From a bacterium (GTDB lineage: Bacteria > SAR324 > NAC60-12), in contig CBDDTI010000398.1 in the NCBI GenBank assembly GCA_965233585.1, positions 1 through 11,524 on the forward strand: a stretch of DNA of 11,524 bases, in the 5' to 3' direction. A program made the position numbers and the translations under genes. Below the pieces are notes generated by a model. The model had not been told where the DNA came from and made no database searches. It saw only the letters and a list, made by a program, of their open reading frames with translations. Shown one piece after another: positions 1-7,877 of this stretch; the first letter of the stretch is position 1, and every line of letters begins with the position of its first letter.

Positions 1-1564
1 TTACGCCTATTATCTGAAGCTTCCAACAATGACGCAAGTAAGTTTCGGCCTGTTCCCCTCGAAAGGCCTCCAAGTAGAGGTAGACCACCAACTTATTACC
101 ACCCTCTTCTAAAGAAAGAGAAAGATTTAGACTCTACTGTCCGTAGAATTCTGCCCAAGCCCATTGCAGATACTGTGTGCCCTACAGGCTCCAGATTAGC
201 CCATTTATATGGCTTACCAAAGACACACAAGGAGAGCTTAGCGATGCGCCCTATTTTATCAGCAAAGCAAACATACAACTACGCGCTGGCTAAATGGCTT
301 GACATTAAACTTAAGCCTTTGTCTTTGAATCGTTACACAGTATCTGACATATTTGAATTTACGAACGAAATTCAAAACATGGAAATAGCAAACGGTGACA
401 TTCTGGTTTCGTATGATGTGTCTTCCCTGTTTACAAACGTACCCTTGGATGAAACGATAGAGATACTCGCGAACAGAGCTTTCACCAACAATTGGTTTAA
501 CGTAACGTACGACTTGAATTTGACGAAAATGGACCTTGTTGACCTTCTCAGAGTAGCTACAAAAGAACAACTTTTCCAATTCAATGGAGCTTTGTATGAA
601 CAGACTGATGGTGTGGCCATGGGTTCTCCCCTTGGCCCCTTGCTCGCTAATGTTTTCATGACCTCAATCGAAGAAAACCTCGAGCGACAAGGAAAACTCC
701 CTTCGTTCTATCGAAGATATGTAGATGACACCCTGACCATCATGCCGAATATGGCGGCAGCATCTAGCTTCCTAAACACATTAAACCTTGCACATTCATC
801 CGTAAAATTCACCATGGAAACTGAAAGCAATGGTATGCTGCCATTTCTGGGAACTCAGTTACTGAATCGATCTCCCCGGATAGAGACAAAGGTCTACGTA
901 AAACCCACGAATTCAGGTCTCCTTCTGCATTTTCAGAGCAATGTTGACAATCGGTACAAGAATGGCTTGCTGAGAACTATGCTCGATCGAGCACATCGTT
1001 TATCTTCTTCTTGGTCACACTTCTCAGACGAATGTGACCGTTTGAAGTCAGTTTTCTCACGCCTAAAGTACCCGAAACAACTCGTAAATTCCACTATCAA
1101 ACGCTTTGTCGACTCAAAGGTCTGCGACCAACCGCGACCTTTATCAACAGCCCAAGAGACGGATAACATGGTTCGAGTAGTCTTGCCATTTAAAGACCAA
1201 AACTCAGCAGAATTTGTAAAAAAACAACTTAAGGATTTGAGCCTGAAAGTAAACAAAACCATCCAGCCTGTATTTACCAGCAGAAAAATTGAAATGTGAC
1301 CTTTGCGATGAAGGTTATGTAGGCTACACACGCGGACATTTACACAATCGTGTAAAGGGACACAAACAACAGTCCTCGGCCATTGCCAGACACTATAAGA
1401 ACGCACACGGGACGATCCCTCGGGACCTGCTTAAACGCTTTGAGGTGCTCAAAAAATGTAAAAACAAATTTGACTGCTTAGTGTTTGAAATGTTATTTAT
1501 AAGAACACTTAAGCCTAGCCTCAATGTGCAATCGGATTCCATTCGTGCTAAAGTATTTGTATAG
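1..1564 (+). pseudogene. Penelope-like RT/GIY-YIG polyprotein, disrupted by a deletion and frameshift at ~1290
   Basis: Frame 1 is open from base 1 (LRLLSEAS...). RT motifs: LYGLPKTHK, MRPILS, SYDVSSLFTNVP, YEQTDGVAMGSPLGPLLANVFM, RYVDDT, LPFLG, VYVKPT. After VFTSRKI the frame changes to CDLCDEGYVGYT...NRVKGH...ARH...FEMLFI...PSLN (second GIY-YIG motif, CCHH residues, conserved R/E/N), with the stop at 1562-1564. The first GIY-type motif and its linker are missing. Confidence 0.92.
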
Positions 1565-1642
1565 CCAATTTCGCAGGTGCTTACTATGTTAATTCTTAGC
1601 GTCAATCGTTTTTAATACTGTAATTTTAGCATCATAGAACAT

Positions 1643-1689
1643 TTTTACCTTGATAATGGAGTGATGTCTACTCCGAAACGTCGGTTTAA
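1643..1689 (+). ncRNA. Minimal type I hammerhead ribozyme variant associated with the PLE
   Basis: ACC-TTGATAA-T-GGAGT-gatgtct-ACTCC-GAAAC-GTC-GGT. Stem I ACC/GGT (1647-1649/1683-1685), stem II GGAGT/ACTCC, GAAA core, palindromic ACGT in place of stem III, and a GUC cleavage triplet at 1680-1682. PLE terminal repeats are known to carry minimal hammerheads. Confidence 0.75.
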
Positions 1690-2275
1690 CTTGTTATCTC
1701 TAACTTTTATAGTTTTATGTTTTAAGAAATCTCTTTTAATACGAATGGAGATTACATTAGATAAATCTCCAGATTTATAGTATTCAATTTATATGTTGAC
1801 CCAGCAACCATGCACTAACTTAGTTTTGAGTGGGTGGAATTGCAGCTTATTAACAACACCTTAAAATTATTCTTGGGGTCAAAATATTTGGCACGAGGTG
1901 AAAAAAAGGTGCTCAGAAAAGAAATGTGCTAAATACAGCAGCCAGCAGTTTCTCCCTTGACGGTACATGACTTGTGAGCCTTCATCAGGGGATTTGCAGG
2001 GCTCTTGTACTTCACCGCACTACCTGACCAGTTCAGTTAATTGATCTTTGTGGAGCATTTGCATCTCTCGCTAGCAAATCTTCGCGGATTCTTTGCTCGT
2101 ATTATTACTCTCTGTGTTCCAATTTGAAAGTTAACGTCCTCGACATGAACACCAGAAACACTCGTAACAGCCAAGCGGCGGCCCCAATGCCTTGTCTCTC
2201 TTGCCCGATTTCGAGGGAAATCCTCCCTATCTTATACACCACCGGATCTTGGCGTGGCTCCTACGAATATTTCTA

Positions 2276-2585
2276 TTTATTATTCAACAAATTGTAGCAC
2301 TATCCAAATATGATCATGATGCTCTCGATATCTGTCATCCGTAGGCAACAGATATCCGGCGATATACGTAGCTTCGTACGTGGGAAGAAAAAGTGAAGTA
2401 AAAAAATGTCGACAGAAAGATTTAAAAATGTTACGAGTTTTGATATCAATTTGTTTGAATAATAAAACAATTATCCTGCTCGATCGCGCGGAATATTGTC
2501 TTATTTTAGCCGAATCGGCCTACGGCCTCGTCAGCTAAGTATCAGACGATATTCCGCGCGATTCCGCAGGATAATTGTTAATTAT
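2276..2585. mobile_element. Non-coding insert with internal inverted repeats and a long terminal hairpin (non-autonomous element, family unassigned)
   Basis: Inverted repeat tttattattcaacaaattg (2276-2294) / caatttgtttgaataataaa (2447-2466), directly followed by an imperfect palindrome at 2466-2579. It separates the putative gag start from the rest of gag. Confidence 0.6.
2466..2579. repeat. 114-nt imperfect palindrome (hairpin/cruciform)
   Basis: Outer arms aacaattatcctgc/gcaggataattgtt are a perfect 14-bp match. Inner arms atcgcgcggaatattgtct/agacgatattccgcgcgat match 18/19, then ttagccga/tcagctaa. Apex is GGCC-TAC-GGCC. Confidence 0.95.
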
Positions 2586-2589
2586 TCGC

Positions 2590-3085
2590 CTGTCTTCACG
2601 CTTAAGTCTGCTACAGAACCAGCCATCTCCTGCTTTTCTGGCCGCCGTCGCCAATGCCTTAAAGCAAGCTCTGTCCACCGATCAAGTTGCAAGTCCTCCC
2701 GCGTTAAATTCACTGGCGAGCGTGTCCGTGGCGTCCATTTCGGGAGGCGTTTCCGGTCAGCCCCCTCTCCTCAGCCAACTTGATCCCAAAGCTCTCTCTT
2801 TAGCTGCCTCTGGCGCTAGGTTTTCCCCCTTTCCACTGGTCACACGACCCCTCAAAGGCCTTGGTTTTCCCCCAGCACAGCGAACTTAACTAGTAACCAA
2901 GATCGTCGCTAGGAAGTTCATCGGACTCAACGACTTGCTTTTCTCGAACATTGTCCTAGCAGAGCCTTAACCTCAGTTACTTTTTGATGGTCGCTTGGTG
3001 TTTACGTTCCCACCGAAAATGCCTAAGCGGCGCACCGAAGACATCGTTACTTGGTTGGAGGCTTATTACATCCTCTTCGCGTATT
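2590..3085 (+). pseudogene. gag-like ORF1 remnant of the DIRS/Ngaro element
   Basis: S/P/A-rich stretch (SPAFLAAVANALKQALS...), then RKFIGLNDLLFSNIV, PQLLFDGRLVFT and KRRTEDIVTWLEAY, broken by stops and frameshifts. Lies directly upstream of the RT. Confidence 0.6.
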
Positions 3086-3119
3086 ATTTTATCATCGCTT
3101 CGGATTCTGCTTCTCCCAA

Positions 3120-4100
3120 AAGCTGAAGTCTGCTAAGAAGAACGAGCCACCCGCAACACAGCATCCTTCAATTTTAGAAGAGTATTTGGCCAATCAGGTC
3201 TCCTTAGGAAGGATGGCGGGTCCCTACAATTTTCCACCCCTCCCGAATCTCTAAGCTACAGGTATTGTGTTATTCCCAAAAAGGGCCAACTAGGGAAGGG
3301 GCACCTCATTGTAGAGATTTCTTGCCCCCTCCCCTCCAACCCGGGTGGTGTTGCTAGTGTCAACGATGGAATGAACCCGAGCGAATTTACCTTTTACTGC
3401 ATCCTCGTTGATTAGGTGATTTGCCTAGTCTGGCGCGGGGCTTGCATGGTCAAATTTGATGTGGAGATGACATATCGTAGCGTGCCTGTACACCCCTCTC
3501 ATAACTATCTGCTGGGGTTGTATTAGCGCGACCAGTTCTATGTGGACGTGGCGCTACCTTTAGGCCTTCGATCAGCTCCGTTCGTCTCTAACACGATTGC
3601 AAAAATGGTGGAATACCAGATACCAGATCTTCTTCCTTACTTGGATGATTTCATCACCGCTGGCCCTCCAGATTCACCTCACTGTAAACATAACCTGGGT
3701 TCTGCCTTGGAAGTTTGTCAACGGTTAGGTCTAGTTTTAAACCCATGCAAGTGCGTGGGCCCCTTCACAATGTTCATTGTCGTGGATATTGCTCTCGACT
3801 CGGTCAAGTGGCGACTGTTCCCCCCGAGAAGTTGTAAGATCTGCAAGTTCTTGGCTAACATTCCTATGCCGCACAATTGACCTGTTATGCCGCTTTCGGA
3901 AGAGACAACGCTCCATTCTTCTAAGCCGAGAATTTCATCTGGACCTTCCATGATGGCATCAGGTCTTTTCTAACAGGCAAGTTCTCAGGTTCTGGCTCTT
4001 AACAGGACTGCTGCTCGAAGTGTCATCTGATGTGGCGGGCTCAATTGGTTATGAAGCGATCTGAAGGGGTAATGGTTTGCTGGCTCCTGGGTTCCTGGAT
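3120..4100 (+). pseudogene. DIRS/Ngaro-type reverse transcriptase and RNase H remnant
   Basis: Fragments across frames: YLANQVSLGRMAGPYNFPPLPNL, VIPKKGQ, SVNDG, VKFDVEMTYRSVPVHP, YVDVALPLGLRSAPFV, YLDDFITAGPPDS, KCVGP, then RNase H-like SDVAGSIGYEAI...WFAGSW. Many stops, frameshifts and deletions. Confidence 0.85.
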
Positions 4101-4302
4101 TCCTTCCCAGCAGTGGCATTCTACTGCCTACAACATGTACAAAAAGCTCAAATCTGGGGACACATCATGAGTCGAGAGACATGTCCTTTTTTTTCGCTCA
4201 GACAAGGATGCTGCAGTCCGCGTCTTAAACAAAACGACTGGACAATGGAGTGTGTTCATTGTCAAGCAATAAAATAGAATCAAAACCATTCAGTGGATAA
4301 AG

Positions 4303-4740
4303 TCAAGAAATTGTGATAATGTTCCGCGAAAAATTATAAAACCTAGTATAGAGCCGCCACGTTGGTTGACCTCAGTCTTTTTAAAAAGACTTAAAGTTAA
4401 AAGTCCTCCAATACGGCAGCCGGAAAATATCGTATTCATCTGGATCTTACTTCGCATATTTAGTCGGCTGATTTTCTGAACCGAACCAAAAGACATTTCC
4501 ACAAGCACTTATTCTAATACTTAACTCTTAATGGCTAAAAGTCACGAGATAAGGTGTATATTTTTCGACAAACCCGATCTTAGCGTTATGTCACACGTCG
4601 CCTTAATTAACTCCGAAATTCAAAATGAGCTGGTTTCCAAACGAAGGACGCTGTTGAACAGTTGTTAACAGATATAAACTTAGTACTTATGCCTGATGAG
4701 GATAACACTTGGAGTTTTGAATGTGAGAATTTGATGACGT
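4303..4740. mobile_element. MITE-like non-autonomous DNA element, copy 1 (more decayed)
   Basis: Colinear similarity to 4912-5360 (gagccgcca, gccggaaaata, catctgga.cttactt, ctaatactt, ggctaaaa, tatatttttcg, tgtcac, acagatataaa, tgatgacgt). No coding capacity. Confidence 0.65.
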
Positions 4741-4849
4741 TGAATAATTTTAACTAGTTTTATATTTTAATATCAATCTGTATCAACTTTTAAACTCTCT
4801 TCTTAGTTTTTCCTTTTTTACGCAGGTAAATTTTCATTATTATTTTCAG

Positions 4850-5379
<530 letters not shown>

Positions 5380-5544
5380 TTCAGATCTGTAAACGCTTCC
5401 AGGCTCATTATTTGCCCCAAGGTCATATAATTAGTAATCTGTAACTTATTTAAGTTATCCAATTAATCTCAATATTTAAATTTCTTTGTTTATATAGGCT
5501 AGATAACTTTTTAAAAGAAGCCGCAATTGCAGATTCTAATGACT

Positions 5545-5717
5545 GCCGACCGGCTAGCTCAGTTGGTAGAGCACCGGACTGACGTGCGGGAGGTCGCGAG
5601 TTCAAATCTCGCGATTGGCCGAACCACCACTCAATAACTGAGGAGAACGTGCTGCCTTTGTAATGAGACCTGCAAATGGTTCGAGGATCAAGTCTTCTCG
5701 GACGAGGACTATAAACC
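5545..5717 (+). mobile_element. tRNA-derived SINE, 3'-truncated, body resembling the Nin/Deu-domain type
   Basis: Pol III A box TAGCTCAGTTGG (5555-5566) and B box GAGTTCAAATC (5598-5608). The D and T arms fold but the anticodon and acceptor stems do not. The body gtgctgcctttg...tcttctcggacgaggactataaacc resembles Nin/Deu SINE cores from memory, without an alignment. Confidence 0.8.
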
Positions 5718-5759
5718 CTAACCCTTTACTATAATTGCAAAATAGCTATCAGGGATCTT

Positions 5760-5784
5760 ATTATCCTTATCCTTATCGTTATAC
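5760..5784. repeat. Short imperfect (TTATCC)n tandem repeat
   Basis: ttatcc ttatcc ttatcg ttatac. Confidence 0.7.
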
Positions 5785-6407
5785 AATAAGCGTATTCCAA
5801 AGCTGAAATAGTATTACCTTAAAGAACATGAAATATAAATGTAAAGAAAATACAGGCGGCTATCGACTCACGTCTCTGAAACGAAAGAATGACTTCTTGT
5901 CACGGGCAGGTTTTGGACATACTATTCGGGCGTGATATCCTACAGCTGCCTCCTCCACAGCTTCTTATATTTAATTTTTTTTTAGAGCAAGGGGCATTGG
6001 TAGATTGAAAGTGAGCGAGCGGGAGCTGGTAGCGAGTGAAGAAGAGTGTTCGTTAGGCACATGCACAGTTTCAATATGAGTAAACCGAGAACACCTGACA
6101 GTCGAAGCAGTAGTTAATCTTAAGTTTACGATTCATCGACTCTTGCTTTAGTGAGGAAAGTGTTGAGTAAAGTGCAAAGATCTCACTTACTTATTCTAAG
6201 AAAAATATATTGAAAGGTCAACATGCGTTTAATCGAAAAGAAAGAAAAACAAACAAAACCAAAACCCAGCAAATGCTCGGGGCATATGCCGACCGGCCGC
6301 AGTCTTAAACATGTCGAGCTGGCTCTTCTTGTATATCCTTATTCATTACGTGCGTTTCGCATATTTTGTTTTTGTAATTTATCGGTTTAATTAACATGAT
6401 TGGCTTT

Positions 6408-6546
6408 TAGGTCAAACATCGAGCACGAAATTAAAGATTCTGGAATTGTAACCAGAAGGTCTAATATGTTCGACTCCTAGCTAGGAAACTTAAAATGCTT
6501 TTAATTTTCCGCCTATGTCTGTGTCACTGGCAGAAAAAATCGTCTC
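6408..6546 (+). mobile_element. Highly decayed tRNA-derived SINE of a second family
   Basis: Degenerate A-box region (taggtca...gagca), then agaaggtc...gttcgactcc B box (~6468-6477) and a short tail tttccgcctatgtctgtgtcactggcag that differs from the first SINE body. Confidence 0.5.
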
Positions 6547-7546
6547 GAAAAAGATAACGCTGAAAATGATAATTGTAATATGACCACAAGGATTGCCACT
6601 TATCTTAAAATCGTATGTCCTTATTGGCAGCTATCGAAATAATGTATGTTCAGTAAAACAGTGTGCTTACTAAGAGACAAAAGCAAAAATAAACTATTCA
6701 TCTAACTTGCGAAATGAAAGGAACCTTGTGATGCTTAATTGACTGCAGCAATCAAACAAAAAAAAAAGAAAGAAAACGCACCCAAAGTCTACCATAAAAC
6801 AACTACAGCAAAGTTAAACAGTTTCACAATTTACAACAAGTGTTCTGGCAGTTTGCAGATCAAGCGATAGAGATTGTTGAATTTCTGACAGTTCAAAACA
6901 AACTGTAACTAGAAAACACCCACTGGGCTAGCTGAAAGTTGAGACAATTAAGTCAAAAATTACTTTCATCTGCACGCAAGATAACAATTCGTGAATCGGC
7001 AAAAACAAAATGAAAACTAAAGAAAGAGGTGGAAATTCTAAATAAAGCATCACACACGAAATAAATACAAAATAAAAATTACACAAGGAAATTCAGATAG
7101 ATTAGCAAATTTGCATAATTGCGGAGACTTTGTTTCTTCGTCTCGCGTAGCGCCGTTGTGAGATACAACGTGTAAGACCTCGCCTGCACTCCGGTTTAGA
7201 GAGATTTACTTAAGAGCGCATTAATAATAACAAATACATAAAACTAGTGAAACGTACCTAAATTGCTACCGGCAATACTTTGTATATGAAACAGGGATAT
7301 TCCTTACTGACCAGAAACAATAAACAAGTCAATCCAGTGGACAGGGATACGAGATGCTGCAACTCTTTTTATCGAAATAGGAGAAATTTTCAAACGACCC
7401 GCTTTTAGAAAACAAAAACCTTAAAATACACATCAGTAGCAGCTGCTAAACTTCGGCAAATGTGATTTGAAGGGGAGAATTGTGGGATAACCTGCTCATT
7501 GTTAGTCTTTATTTCCGATCCTGAGGATTCTGAAAACACCTGCTAC

Positions 7547-7575
7547 AATAATAATAATAATAATGATAATAATAA
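7547..7575. repeat. (AAT)n microsatellite
   Basis: Direct reading; followed by an A run. Confidence 0.95.
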
Positions 7576-7662
7576 AAAAAAAATTAACTCAGAAAAATAC
7601 TGTATTATGCACACTACATTAAAATTCTTAAAAAGTAAAAATAACTTAACCTTACAAAAAGA

Positions 7663-7721
7663 GATAATGATAATAATAATAATAATAATAATAATTTTAA
7701 TGATAATGATAATAATAATAA
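7663..7721. repeat. Imperfect (AAT)n microsatellite
   Basis: Direct reading; includes GAT and TTT interruptions. Confidence 0.95.
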
Positions 7722-7808
7722 CTTTTTTTTCAAAAAGAAAAATTGGAAACACTTAAATCTTACAATCTTAAGGATGAAAATAAAACAGTTAGTAATATTT
7801 ACAATTGT

Positions 7809-7877
<69 letters not shown>

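Larger units (their letters stand above)
1..1741 (+). mobile_element. Penelope-like retroelement (Penelope/Poseidon type), 5' part outside the window
   Basis: PLE-type RT followed by a C-terminal GIY-YIG endonuclease, then a T-rich 3' region with a hammerhead-like motif. The right boundary is approximate. Confidence 0.93.
1930..4110 (+). mobile_element. Decayed DIRS/Ngaro-type (tyrosine-recombinase class) retrotransposon, 3'-truncated
   Basis: Colinear gag-like, RT and RNase H remnants from ~2590 to ~4100. Bases 1930-2190 are tentatively the 5' terminal region and gag start (ATG AAC ACC AGA AAC, MNTRNTRNSQAAAP). No recombinase remnant is seen. Boundaries are approximate. Confidence 0.75.

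Noticed and set aside
96..1605. Minus-strand ORFs overlapping the Penelope ORF
   Set aside because: Antisense shadows of the RT/endonuclease frame with no recognisable motifs.
1940..1990. Minus-strand CTGATGAAGGC... hammerhead-like start in the DIRS leader
   Set aside because: The short stem II is not followed by GAAA. The nearest GAAAC is displaced and I could not build stems I and III.
4692..4725. CTGATGAG hammerhead-like core in MITE copy 1
   Set aside because: No stem II or GAAAC, and copy 2 reads gtgatgaag at the same position.
5545..5622. Functional tRNA gene
   Set aside because: The anticodon and acceptor stems do not pair, there is no T-run terminator, and the sequence continues into a SINE body.
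5890..6050. Minus-strand peptide scraps (LFFTRYQLPL, YKKLWRRQL) reminiscent of GPCR TM5/ICL3
   Set aside because: They lie in different frames with stops, and no other transmembrane motifs are nearby. Too weak without a TBLASTN/HMM search.
7499..7756. ORFs of 85 aa (+) and 69 aa (-) with poly-N and poly-I runs
   Set aside because: They are translations of AAT microsatellites.
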